Below are positions 1-9,491 of a stretch of 64,000 nt of DNA, in pieces. Below the pieces are notes generated by a model. It was given only the letters and a program-made list of their open reading frames with translations. It was not told the origin of the DNA and ran no database searches. Location of the stretch: positions 1,952,001 through 2,016,000 of the forward strand of contig CBDANS010000007.1 in the NCBI GenBank assembly GCA_965197745.1, in the 5' to 3' direction. Position 1 is the first letter of the stretch. Each line of letters opens with the position of its first letter. The position numbers and the translations under genes are program-made. Source of the DNA: Opitutales bacterium (GTDB lineage Bacteria; Verrucomicrobiota; Verrucomicrobiia; Opitutales; PNEW01).

Positions 1-353
1 TTGTCGATGTAGTATTTTCCGATCCGCTAAAGCCCTATGTCATGCTCGCCATGCTTTATTTATGCACAACCCTGCTCACCGAATTTCTTTCTAATAATGC
101 TACCATTGTCCTCATGGCCCCTCTTGCGCTTGGCATCGCAGAAACACTGGGAGTCGACCCCCGCCCTTTCATAATTGCCACCGCAATTGCTTCTTCTGCC
201 AGTTTTTCCACACCCATCGGATACCAAACCAATACTTTTGTTTATGGTGTGGGAGGTTACCGTTTTGCTGACTTTTGTAAAATCGGGCTGCCCCTTAATC
301 TTATTTATTTTACCGTGAGTGTTGTCCTGATTCCTCGTATATGGGATTTTTAA
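1..353 (+). CDS. SLC13/CitMHS-type permease, C-terminal part (gene starts before the window)
   Basis: Frame open from the window start; hydrophobic helices with TEFLSNNAT and [14 protein letters not shown] motifs typical of SLC13/DASS permeases. Confidence 0.85.
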   Translation, partial: VDVVFSDPLKPYVMLAMLYLCTTLLTEFLSNNATIVLMAPLALGIAETLGVDPRPFIIATAIASSASFSTPIGYQTNTFVYGVGGYRFADFCKIGLPLNLIYFTVSVVLIPRIWDF

Positions 354-615
354 AGGACCCAGACCATGGCAATGAGCTAAGCAACATTACGTGTTAAGGA
401 TCGACTGTCATCCCGCGTTAATGGGAGTCTTCATGGAAGGCATACCTTCCCCTTAATCTGTTAATCTATTTAACTTACACCCTTTTCCTGAACTTCTACT
501 GCTTAATCCTGTCTTATTATCTATCTAACCATGTTTCCCATGATTTAGCTGTTTACTCAAAAGTGTTTGCTAAAGTTTATATAAAAAATAGGATTTTGTC
601 ATACCCTTAATTAAT

Positions 616-1539
616 ATGCGTCACAATAGATTCACATTTTTAATTTTTCTAGCAGTTTGTCCTTTTTCGCTTTCCGCTCAAATTGAAGAGAGCGATGGGG
701 TCACCGATGAGAATGATTACGAATACGATGAGGCATTTGAAGAGGGCGATGGGGAATTCGACACGTTCGACGGGACAGAGTTGGATGATGAAACAGCCGA
801 TGAAAAAAAAGCGGAAACGGGTCCCCAATCGACCGATGCAAACTCAGCAAAGATTATTGATCTGCATATAGATGCGCTGGGCGGGTTGGAGAAAATAAAA
901 ACGCTAAAAACCATAAAGCTGACAGGTTCCTTTCGAGAAGGGAAACAAAGTTGGAAAATGACATGGTACCGAAAAGCGCCGAACATCTATCGTGTAGAAC
1001 GATACCATCGACTTTTGGGTAGAGACTACCTGACAATCAAAGCCTTTAATGGGAAAACAGGATGGGTCAGAGAAGCATCCCCCGAATTGAAACCCCCTGA
1101 AGAGATGTGGAAAGGTGAATTGGATTCATTTTTGAAAGAAGCTGAATTTTATCCTCCCCTCGTCGACTGGCGCGAAAAAGGGCACCATTTTGCCTATAAA
1201 GGTGAACTCAAAATTCTCAGAAAACCGACTTATTTCGTTCAGGGTAAATTAGAAGATGGGCGGGATATTTACTACTATTTCAACACTAATAATTTCCTTC
1301 TTCGGCAAGTTGGTTTTAAAGATAAATTTGCGGGCGCCACTGCCGATGCTGATTACAGACCCGTTAAGATGAAAAAAGTGAATGGGATTTGGATGGAAGA
1401 AATAATTCAATATGTGGTTCAAGGGCGGGTATACAAAGAGATTGTCTATGACACTATGCTCGCCAATATTGATATGCCTGATTCACTTTTTGAAATTCCT
1501 GAAGTCAAGGAATTCATTCTTAGACAGAAGAGTAGATAA
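616..1539 (+). CDS. Secreted protein, LolA-like / outer-membrane lipoprotein-sorting-like fold, acidic N-terminal linker
   Basis: Signal peptide, D/E-rich linker, 'IIDLHIDALGGLEKIKTLKTI' start and 'NIDMPDSLFEIP' end resembling LolA-like proteins. Confidence 0.5.
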   Translation: MRHNRFTFLIFLAVCPFSLSAQIEESDGVTDENDYEYDEAFEEGDGEFDTFDGTELDDETADEKKAETGPQSTDANSAKIIDLHIDALGGLEKIKTLKTIKLTGSFREGKQSWKMTWYRKAPNIYRVERYHRLLGRDYLTIKAFNGKTGWVREASPELKPPEEMWKGELDSFLKEAEFYPPLVDWREKGHHFAYKGELKILRKPTYFVQGKLEDGRDIYYYFNTNNFLLRQVGFKDKFAGATADADYRPVKMKKVNGIWMEEIIQYVVQGRVYKEIVYDTMLANIDMPDSLFEIPEVKEFILRQKSR

Positions 1540-1559
1540 CGCTTTCTTCTTAAGCGTAT

Positions 1560-3911
1560 ATGCGGCTTTCCTTAAACGAAAAAAAAGTATCTTTAAGTGC
1601 GGGGGAATTTGCAGAGTTTCGCCTGGGACCGACTGACATCAGATACGGACGAACCGGGCGTTGGCGTCTGGAACTGGGTCAAACCTGGCACCAAGAACTG
1701 CGAGCTCAATCCGAAGCTGAATACAGCAACGCGACATTCGAAGTTCCTATTAAAGGCACGTGCCTGCATAAAGATTGGTCGGTATCAATACAGGGTCGCA
1801 TTGATCAGGTAATTCATCACGGCAGCAGTGTAACTCTCAAAGAAATTAAAACAGTAAAAGCAGCCCTTCCCTTACCGGAAGAGGAACTATTAGAGAATTA
1901 TCGTCCTTATTTTGTCCAACTGGCAGCCTATCTTGTTCTCGCAGATCTCGACCCCGCTTACCGCGATACATTTTTACACGGTGAGTTAATTTTTATTGAT
2001 ATAGCAGGGGGGGACACAGGGGGGGACACTCAATCAGTGCTACTCGGGCCCGAACACACGGCCCATTTTAAAAACCAATTAGACGTGCTTCATTCGTTTC
2101 TCGAGCAACGCTGGTTGGCAACCCACCGTCTGCGTCGCATAAAATATACCGCTCCATTTCCCAACTTGCGCCCCGGTCAAGAGCATACCCGTGAAATACT
2201 CGATCGCGCCGCCAACCAGTCAAAAGTAATACTATTTGAAGCCCCCACCGGTTTTGGAAAAACAGGCATTGTTCTTGAGTTTGCGCTTGCGCGTTTGCGC
2301 GATGGACATTTTGACCGCGTCATATTTCTAACGGGAAAATCTACGGGCCAAATTCAGATTCTTCGCCAGTTAAATACGATGCTTCTTGAAGATGGAGGTC
2401 TCCAATACTTTCAATTGCGCAATAAATCAGAGCATGCCCAGGATTGCGCGCTTCGCCATTGCGATTTTGGATACGGCTGTAAACGCGAGCTGGAAGAACG
2501 TTGGGAACGTGCTGGAATCTCTCCCATGCACTTATTTAATAACGGCTCTATCCCCCTTTCCCGGATAAAAGATATGGCGGAAAAGAATGGGGTATGTCCG
2601 TATGAAATTTCCCGATCTGCCTTACCCTTCGCCGATGTCTGGGTCGCTGATTACAATTATATTTTCAACCCGAATAATAACAGTGTCTTGTTTGAGCAAC
2701 CTGGTTTTGAGTCGAGCCAGACACTCCTCATTATTGATGAAGGTCACAATCTTCCCTCACGTGTCGCGGATGCCTACTCTCTAAGCTATGATCGATCAGA
2801 AGCTGAAAATGTTTTTAAAGAATTACAGTTTGCTAATGTCGCTCCATCCCTCCTCTTCGCTTATGAGCAATGGTTAATTTTTATAGAAAAGATAGAGAAG
2901 ACGGATCGAGTCGACGAAATAATAGAAAAAGAAGCGTCGATGATTATTGATAATCTAGTAAAGGAACTGCAACTAGACCGTATCGATCCCAATCTATTCT
3001 CGAATACCGCTTATGATAAACTCTGGTCTTGCCCCATGGTTAAAAACTTCCTCAACCAAAGTTCACTGGAAAAGCTTGTCTGGGCTCCTGAATCGGGATC
3101 CTTAAACTTCACTTGCTTAAGCGCAGCGACAGAAATCGGACGCCTTATCCAATCTTTTGGCCAAACCGTTATTATGTCTGCCACCCTTTCGCCGCGATCT
3201 ATTTTTATGGATGCTTGCGGGATTCAATCGGAAATGTGCCAATGGGTTGATGCTGAAGCTGAGTGGAGAAATGAAGCCTACAAAGTGGCTGTTGATACGC
3301 GTGTGGATACCCGTTTGAAATCACGCTCCCGTCATTACGCAACTACGGCCCAAACTGTCGGCTTGATGTCTCATTTAGCGATTGATCCCATTGTCGTTTA
3401 CTTTCCTTCATACCGTTACGCCCATACGATCGTAGAGTATCTTAAAGCGACCTATTCTGATCTCCGCATTGCAATACAACCGCGAAACCTGAATCTCGCT
3501 GAGCAATATCAGTTCATTGAGGATGCACTGATTTCTGCCGATACACTTTTTCTCGTCCTGGGAAGTGGCTTTTCTGAGAGCATTGATCTTCTGGGTGGGC
3601 GTGTAACCAGCGTCATCGTCGTCGGACCTGCATTGCCAGAGGTCAATGCCAACCAGCGGGCAAAAATGGAAGCGAATTGCTTTCTTTCCCGTGAGGAAGC
3701 ATTCTTCCAGGTCTATCAGGTGCCCGCTATGATAAAGATTAATCAGGCATTGGGGCGTCTGGTTCGCGCGCCGCGACAACACGCCAAGGTATTACTCCAT
3801 TGTCGACGCTTTAAGGAGGACTCTTATATGCAATTATTAGCACCTGAATATCGGCATGTATCTGAAATAAAATCCGAGGACGATTTAATTAAATGGTATC
3901 AGGATGATTAG
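1560..3911 (+). CDS. DinG/XPD-family Fe-S helicase with N-terminal PD-(D/E)XK nuclease-like domain
   Basis: Q motif RPGQ, Walker A EAPTGFGKT, DEGH box, Cys cluster ending in CPYE, motif VI QALGRLVR; N-terminus has GRID...EIKT...QLAAY. Confidence 0.85.
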   Translation: MRLSLNEKKVSLSAGEFAEFRLGPTDIRYGRTGRWRLELGQTWHQELRAQSEAEYSNATFEVPIKGTCLHKDWSVSIQGRIDQVIHHGSSVTLKEIKTVKAALPLPEEELLENYRPYFVQLAAYLVLADLDPAYRDTFLHGELIFIDIAGGDTGGDTQSVLLGPEHTAHFKNQLDVLHSFLEQRWLATHRLRRIKYTAPFPNLRPGQEHTREILDRAANQSKVILFEAPTGFGKTGIVLEFALARLRDGHFDRVIFLTGKSTGQIQILRQLNTMLLEDGGLQYFQLRNKSEHAQDCALRHCDFGYGCKRELEERWERAGISPMHLFNNGSIPLSRIKDMAEKNGVCPYEISRSALPFADVWVADYNYIFNPNNNSVLFEQPGFESSQTLLIIDEGHNLPSRVADAYSLSYDRSEAENVFKELQFANVAPSLLFAYEQWLIFIEKIEKTDRVDEIIEKEASMIIDNLVKELQLDRIDPNLFSNTAYDKLWSCPMVKNFLNQSSLEKLVWAPESGSLNFTCLSAATEIGRLIQSFGQTVIMSATLSPRSIFMDACGIQSEMCQWVDAEAEWRNEAYKVAVDTRVDTRLKSRSRHYATTAQTVGLMSHLAIDPIVVYFPSYRYAHTIVEYLKATYSDLRIAIQPRNLNLAEQYQFIEDALISADTLFLVLGSGFSESIDLLGGRVTSVIVVGPALPEVNANQRAKMEANCFLSREEAFFQVYQVPAMIKINQALGRLVRAPRQHAKVLLHCRRFKEDSYMQLLAPEYRHVSEIKSEDDLIKWYQDD

Positions 3912-4105
3912 ATGATGCTGTGCGTATGGGACAAAGACATTCTACCGGTTTTATAGAAAAGGTGATGTAAGAGCGTCACTGGCGAACCTCGCTTTCTTTT
4001 TCCTTAAACGCTTTTATATCTCACCTCGAACGGAAAACCTGCTTTCTCCTTATAATCAATTACAGCTTGCCCTATATCGATAAATATTACACAAGTAATT
4101 TTTTA

Positions 4106-4642
4106 ATGAGCGAAGTCTCAAGAATCGAAAGCGAGGAGCTCCATCAGTATATAGATAGTATTGCCAAAATCATCGCTCTTAAACATAGCGATAATAAAGA
4201 TTTGGTCATTGTAGGTATTGCCAATGGAGGCATTACGTTCAGTATTGTTCTTGGCAGGTATCTGAAAAAATATTTAGGCCGCCCGGTGCCATGTGGGACT
4301 GTCGATATCTCCTTTCACCGAGATGATATCGGACTCAAGCCGATCAAATCGATTGAAAACCCCACGGCTTTACCTGCTAATATTGAGGGCGCTACAGTTA
4401 TACTGGCTGACGATGTTATTTTTACGGGTCGAACCGCAAGAGCGGCTATTAATGAGATATTCGATCAGGGGCGTCCACGATCAATCGAACTGGCTATACT
4501 TTGTGATCGAGGCAATCGCCGCCTGCCTATCCAGCCCGACTATATTGGGTTTTCAAAAGATACAACCATAGAGCAGAAAGTTGCTGTGCATATAAACATA
4601 GACAAGTCATCGGAAGATTCCCTTCGCATTTTAAGCGCATGA
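4106..4642 (+). CDS. pyrR: Pyrimidine operon regulator / uracil phosphoribosyltransferase PyrR
   Basis: DISFHRDD, VILADDVIFTGRT and DRGNRRLPIQPDYIG motifs; ATG at 4106 preferred to the upstream TTG; precedes pyrB. Confidence 0.93.
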   Translation: MSEVSRIESEELHQYIDSIAKIIALKHSDNKDLVIVGIANGGITFSIVLGRYLKKYLGRPVPCGTVDISFHRDDIGLKPIKSIENPTALPANIEGATVILADDVIFTGRTARAAINEIFDQGRPRSIELAILCDRGNRRLPIQPDYIGFSKDTTIEQKVAVHINIDKSSEDSLRILSA

Positions 4643-5589
4643 AAAAAGAATTTAAATGGTCTCGCAAAGATCTGCTCACCATTGAATCATTGAGCAAGGA
4701 AGAATTAGAAACAATATTTTCGGTAGCCAATTCGTTTAAAAACACGCTCAAGCGGTCGCAAAAGAAATTACCTTCCCTGCGGGGTAAAACGATTGTCAAT
4801 CTCTTCCTTGAACCAAGCACGCGCACACGCATTGCTTTCGAAATAGCAGCTAAACGCCTGAGCGCCGATGTTATCTCAATAACCTCCAGCGCCAGCAGCT
4901 TGACGAAAGGAGAAACCCTGCGTGACACCGCACGCAATATCGAAGCATTAAATGCCGATCTCCTCGTGATTCGCCATTCCGCTGCAGGATCCCCCCAATA
5001 TCTCAGTCGTATAGTCGATATTCCTGTAATTAATGCTGGCGATGGTTCCCATGAACACCCCACTCAGGCTTTACTCGATACCTTTACTTTACGCGAACAC
5101 CTGGGTGACCTCAGCGGTAAAAAAGTCACCATCCTCGGTGATATTCTCTTCAGTCGCGTGGCGCGTTCCAATATCTGGGCGTTGCAGAAACTCGGAGCTG
5201 ATGTCACCTTGGCAGGGCCCTCAACCCTTGTTCCAGAACGCTTAACTGAACTCAATGTTAAAGTCACACACTCCCTGAAAGAGGCTCTCGCAGATGCTGA
5301 TGCTATTATGCTTTTGCGCATTCAACACGAGCGACAAACCTCCACCCATTTTCCCTCGATTGGGGAGTACACGAGTATGTTCGGGCTCAATATGCAACGT
5401 GCATCCTGGCTTAAACCCAATGCCATCATTATGCATCCTGGGCCTATTAATCGTGGAGTAGAAATCGACTCCAAACTCGCGGATTCCAAACGCTCAGTTA
5501 TACTCGAACAGGTTACCAACGGTATTGTCTGCCGTATGTCTGTCCTCTTCCTTTGCGCCAGCGCAGTCGCCCAGACAAAGAATAAATAA
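4639..5589 (+). CDS. pyrB: Aspartate carbamoyltransferase catalytic subunit
   Basis: FLEPSTRT, HEHPTQALLD and MHPGPINRG motifs. Confidence 0.97.
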   Translation: MKKEFKWSRKDLLTIESLSKEELETIFSVANSFKNTLKRSQKKLPSLRGKTIVNLFLEPSTRTRIAFEIAAKRLSADVISITSSASSLTKGETLRDTARNIEALNADLLVIRHSAAGSPQYLSRIVDIPVINAGDGSHEHPTQALLDTFTLREHLGDLSGKKVTILGDILFSRVARSNIWALQKLGADVTLAGPSTLVPERLTELNVKVTHSLKEALADADAIMLLRIQHERQTSTHFPSIGEYTSMFGLNMQRASWLKPNAIIMHPGPINRGVEIDSKLADSKRSVILEQVTNGIVCRMSVLFLCASAVAQTKNK

Positions 5590-5594
5590 ATCAT

Positions 5595-6905
5595 ATGAGT
5601 GACATAATATGGATATCTGGAGGACGGGTTGTCGATCCGGGAAACGATCGCGACGCATCAGATGACATTTACGCAGTAGATGGTAAAATAGTATCGGAAT
5701 TAAGTGATAGCGAAAAAAAACAGGCTCAGCGTATTAGGGCTGACGGAATGGTAGTTTGTCCGGGGCTCGTAGATATCCATTCGCATTTGTGCGAACCAGG
5801 AGAGACCCATAGAGAGTCAATAAAGACGGGCACATGGGCTGCCGCGGCTGGTGGGTACACCACTATTGTCTGCATGCCCAACGCCCTGCAGCCCAGTGAT
5901 AACGCGGGAACGATACAACAAATTAATGATGCCATTAACCGAGATGCCCTCGTAAACGTCTTCCCAACTGGAACAATAACTATGGGTATGGAAGGGAATG
6001 AACTCGCGCCAACCGGATCGTTGACACGATCCGGTGTCGTCGCCATCACCGATTCGCATCGCAGCGTGCAGAACAACGAAATCATGCGTCGCGCTGTTGA
6101 ATATGCGCATATGTTCGATCTAGTCGTATTGGATCATTGTCAGGATATGGCCCTTACCGAAGGCGCTGTTATGCATGAAGGGATCTGGTCAATACGGCTG
6201 GGACTGTGCGGTTCGACCAGTGCTGCGGAAGATATTTTTGTCTCCCGAAATGTTATCCTTTCAACCTACACAGGAGCGCACATCCATCTTCAGCATATCA
6301 GTTCTTCAAATGCTGTCGAAATTATCCGTAGGGCTAAGCAACGCAAAGTTAAGATCTCCGCTGAAGTAACCCCCCATCATCTTCACCTTTCGGATGCGTG
6401 TATTCAAACCTACGACACAAATTTTAAAACAAATCCACCCTTACGCACCAGAGAAGATCAGGAAGCGCTTATCGATGGGCTGCTCGACGGCACCATTGAC
6501 TGTATATCCACTGATCACAACCCCCATACGGATTACGAAAAAAATATTGAGTTTGATTATGCCCCTTTCGGTGTCATTGGCCTGGAAACCGCGCTGGCCG
6601 TTTCTCTTGAAGTCCTGATCCACAGTGGGCGTTGTGAACTCCCTAAACTCATCGAGTTGATGTCATATAATCCCTCAAATCTACTCGGATTGGGAAAAGG
6701 AATACTCAGCCCGGGATCCGATGCTGATATCATCGTCATTGATCCCAATGAGGAATGGGAAGTGGATCCGGATATGTTTCTGAGTCGCTCCAGCAATTCA
6801 CCCTGGATTGGCAAAAAATTGAGAGGAAAGGTGAAACGGACTCTAATTTCCGGTCGTACTGTTTGGGATGGCCATCGCATCATCGTGCCCGAAGTCGGTG
6901 GTTAA
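5595..6905 (+). CDS. pyrC: Dihydroorotase (type I)
   Basis: DIHSHLCEPG, CMPN, KTNPPLR and STDHNPH motifs; follows pyrB. Confidence 0.92.
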   Translation: MSDIIWISGGRVVDPGNDRDASDDIYAVDGKIVSELSDSEKKQAQRIRADGMVVCPGLVDIHSHLCEPGETHRESIKTGTWAAAAGGYTTIVCMPNALQPSDNAGTIQQINDAINRDALVNVFPTGTITMGMEGNELAPTGSLTRSGVVAITDSHRSVQNNEIMRRAVEYAHMFDLVVLDHCQDMALTEGAVMHEGIWSIRLGLCGSTSAAEDIFVSRNVILSTYTGAHIHLQHISSSNAVEIIRRAKQRKVKISAEVTPHHLHLSDACIQTYDTNFKTNPPLRTREDQEALIDGLLDGTIDCISTDHNPHTDYEKNIEFDYAPFGVIGLETALAVSLEVLIHSGRCELPKLIELMSYNPSNLLGLGKGILSPGSDADIIVIDPNEEWEVDPDMFLSRSSNSPWIGKKLRGKVKRTLISGRTVWDGHRIIVPEVGG

Positions 6906-7080
6906 TATATAAACGGACCAGAGATCGAGCGCCACCGAAAATAACCTCGTAATTTTCCTCCTCATTTATTCGATTACGAATATAAGGAAGAGGAGATCCG
7001 TTGCCACCTATAATCATAGCCCTGTGCGATAGGTTGTATTTTCGTTTTTCCTGAACCACATAAATTATTATAACCTGATT

Positions 7081-7983
7081 ATGAGCGAAGCAGAGGCCAT
7101 AGAAGTTTTCCAAAATAACAGGGGGTTCCTCATTTATTTCTATCTCCTTCTTGGATCAGGTCTGGCTTGTCTCATTTCATTAGCCTACAGCCAACATCGG
7201 GTCAAACACACGCATCGCTTGAAAGGAAAAGTCATAGGTTGGCAAATTGGGTGGCTCGACTTTGGACTCTTCATCTGGGTGATGATTTGTGGCATTTTAA
7301 TCGCCCAATTTATAGCTCCTCTCTTCGTGCATGAGTCTGACAGTCCAGAGACTTCCCCTGAAGTGTGGACTATCATAGCGGGGAGTTTTATAATGCACCT
7401 GGGGATCATCTTTGCCTTCTTCTTATACCGCTATCTCCAACCCCATCTGTTTCGTCAGACTATTAATGCTCAGGAAATGTCCTTTATAAGAGCGATGACA
7501 AAAGGTCTTTACTTCTTCTTAGCCTCTTTTCCCCTGGTCTGGTTGGCAGGATTATTGTGGATCTTAATCTTGAAATTTTTAATCAATGCTGGCTGGGGAA
7601 TTTCCCTTGAGCCCCAGTCTTTAATCAACATTTTTGAAAATCAGAATTCATATTCTTCATTGTTCTTACTCTTTATATTGGCTATTATTATTGCTCCCCT
7701 GGCCGAGGAGTTAGTATTTCGTGCCATCGTTTACCGTTTCATTAAAAATCGGGCACCGGCATTTTTAGCAATGCTCTTAAGTTCCATTTTATTTTCTCTC
7801 CTCCATATGAATGTCGTCAGTTTTTTCTCCCTTGTAATTGTGGGTATCTCACTTTGCCTGGCCTACGAAATGAGTGGAAATATTATGGTCCCTGTATTTT
7901 TTCATTCCGCTTTTAACTTGAACTCTATTATCCTTATTTTCTTTCGTCCCGATCTTCCCGGATTAGCTATTTTATTTAATTAA
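7081..7983 (+). CDS. CPBP (CAAX/Abi) family intramembrane metalloprotease
   Basis: Multiple TM helices, APLAEELVFR, FSLLH and HSAFN motifs. Confidence 0.88.
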   Translation: MSEAEAIEVFQNNRGFLIYFYLLLGSGLACLISLAYSQHRVKHTHRLKGKVIGWQIGWLDFGLFIWVMICGILIAQFIAPLFVHESDSPETSPEVWTIIAGSFIMHLGIIFAFFLYRYLQPHLFRQTINAQEMSFIRAMTKGLYFFLASFPLVWLAGLLWILILKFLINAGWGISLEPQSLINIFENQNSYSSLFLLFILAIIIAPLAEELVFRAIVYRFIKNRAPAFLAMLLSSILFSLLHMNVVSFFSLVIVGISLCLAYEMSGNIMVPVFFHSAFNLNSIILIFFRPDLPGLAILFN

Positions 7984-7987
7984 GTCT

Positions 7988-8968
7988 ATGCACCCGTTTA
8001 CTGATAATCCCCCGGAATCGATTGCTGAATTAGGCGAGCACGCCCTATTGGGAAAATTCCGTCAATGGCTTGGTGACGTTTCTCCTCCTTCACCCCACGG
8101 GATGGGCGACGATACAGCCGTGCTCCCTCCTGGGGCCAATCATTTTAATCTCATAACTACCGACACACTTGTTTATCAAAGCCATTTTAACGATAAAGCA
8201 TCACCCCAGCAGGCAGGTGGTAAATTACTGAAACGCAATATAAGTGATATTGCTGCTATGGGTGGGACACCCCATAGCGCAGTAATCGGACTCTTTCTTC
8301 CTCCAAATCTGCGACTGGATTGGTTGCGTGATTTTTACCGTGGTATTCGCGATGAAGCGATTAAGTATAATGTAAATATAGTCGGCGGCGATCTTTGTGA
8401 AACGGATGGCTTTCTCGGCAGCCAACTTACTCTTTTGGGAGCTGCGGCCCGTCCCCTTAAACGCGATGACGCCGAAAAAGGTGATTTTATTTATGTCAGT
8501 GGTTCGCTTGGAGGCAGCAGTCTTGGCAAGCATCTGGATTTTACACCGCGGTTAGTTGAAGGTAGATGGTTGGCAGATCAAACTATCGTCCATTCGATGA
8601 TCGATGTGACGGATGGCTTGATGAAGGACTTGCCGGCACTTATTCAACCAGGTTGCGCAGCAGGGCTACAGATAGATTCATTACCGATAAGTGAAGCTGC
8701 GCTCCAGCTGTCAGCAATAAGTGCTCTCAGCCCCCAGCAACACGCTCTTAGCGACGGGGAGGACTTCGAGCTGCTATTCACGGTAAGCGAGAAAATCGAT
8801 CCGGAGCAGTTCATTAAAGAATGGCATGAGCACTTTGATCTTCCACTTACCCATATTGGCCAGATGATCGACGACTCTAAACATAACGGCCTGCCCCGAA
8901 TCATTAATTTAACTACCGGCGAAGCATGCATCAGCCCAAGTGGATATGAACATTTTAAAAAGACTTAA
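7988..8968 (+). CDS. thiL: Thiamine-monophosphate kinase
   Basis: GMGDDTA, NISDIAAMGG, IVGGD, IDVTDGL and GEDFELLF motifs. Confidence 0.95.
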   Translation: MHPFTDNPPESIAELGEHALLGKFRQWLGDVSPPSPHGMGDDTAVLPPGANHFNLITTDTLVYQSHFNDKASPQQAGGKLLKRNISDIAAMGGTPHSAVIGLFLPPNLRLDWLRDFYRGIRDEAIKYNVNIVGGDLCETDGFLGSQLTLLGAAARPLKRDDAEKGDFIYVSGSLGGSSLGKHLDFTPRLVEGRWLADQTIVHSMIDVTDGLMKDLPALIQPGCAAGLQIDSLPISEAALQLSAISALSPQQHALSDGEDFELLFTVSEKIDPEQFIKEWHEHFDLPLTHIGQMIDDSKHNGLPRIINLTTGEACISPSGYEHFKKT

Positions 8969-9377
8969 ATCGGGCATGATTTCTGCCTCAACTCAGGAAA
9001 CCGAAACGCTGGCAACCGAAATGGCAACGGTTATCCCGGAGGATCAAATCTTAGCATTGTACGGTGAACTGGGAGCAGGTAAAACAACCTTCGTCCGAGG
9101 ATTGGCACGTGCCTGGCGAATCATTGACCCGGTAACCAGCCCAAGCTACAATATCCTGGCAATATATCGCGGGGAGCGAACGCTGCTCCATCTCGATGCT
9201 TACCGCCTGGAAAGTGAAAAACAAATAGAAGACCTGATGTTAGAGGAATTTTTTACTTCCCCCTATTGCCTGGCTATTGAGTGGCCCGAAAACCTGGGTG
9301 ATTGGCTGTCCCCTCACTGCTGGAAACTTCGCCTCGAAAACCATGACGAAAACCATCGTTTTATCCAGCTCGTTTGA
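8946..9377 (+). CDS. tsaE: tRNA threonylcarbamoyladenosine biosynthesis ATPase TsaE
   Basis: GELGAGKTT, VTSPSY, HLDAYRL and IEWPE motifs; ATG at 8946. Confidence 0.95.
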   Translation: MNILKRLKSGMISASTQETETLATEMATVIPEDQILALYGELGAGKTTFVRGLARAWRIIDPVTSPSYNILAIYRGERTLLHLDAYRLESEKQIEDLMLEEFFTSPYCLAIEWPENLGDWLSPHCWKLRLENHDENHRFIQLV

Positions 9378-9491
9378 GGGGTAAAATAGTTGGGGAGTTA
9401 AGTGAGACCTGATCAAAGAAACTTGGGCACATGCCCCACTGGACCCCGTTTATGACTTACCTTATAAACCTTACGCTTACCCCTCAACTCC

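Noticed and set aside
405..435. REP-like palindrome GTCATCCCGCG...GGGAGTC, and a similar hint near 22665-22695
   Set aside because: Degenerate, with no clear second copy in the window.
1560..2100. Cas4/CasDinG as part of a CRISPR system
   Set aside because: No repeat-spacer array or other cas genes in the window.
3912..4105. PyrR-binding attenuator upstream of pyrR
   Set aside because: No recognisable PyrR binding-loop consensus or terminator/antiterminator pair was seen.
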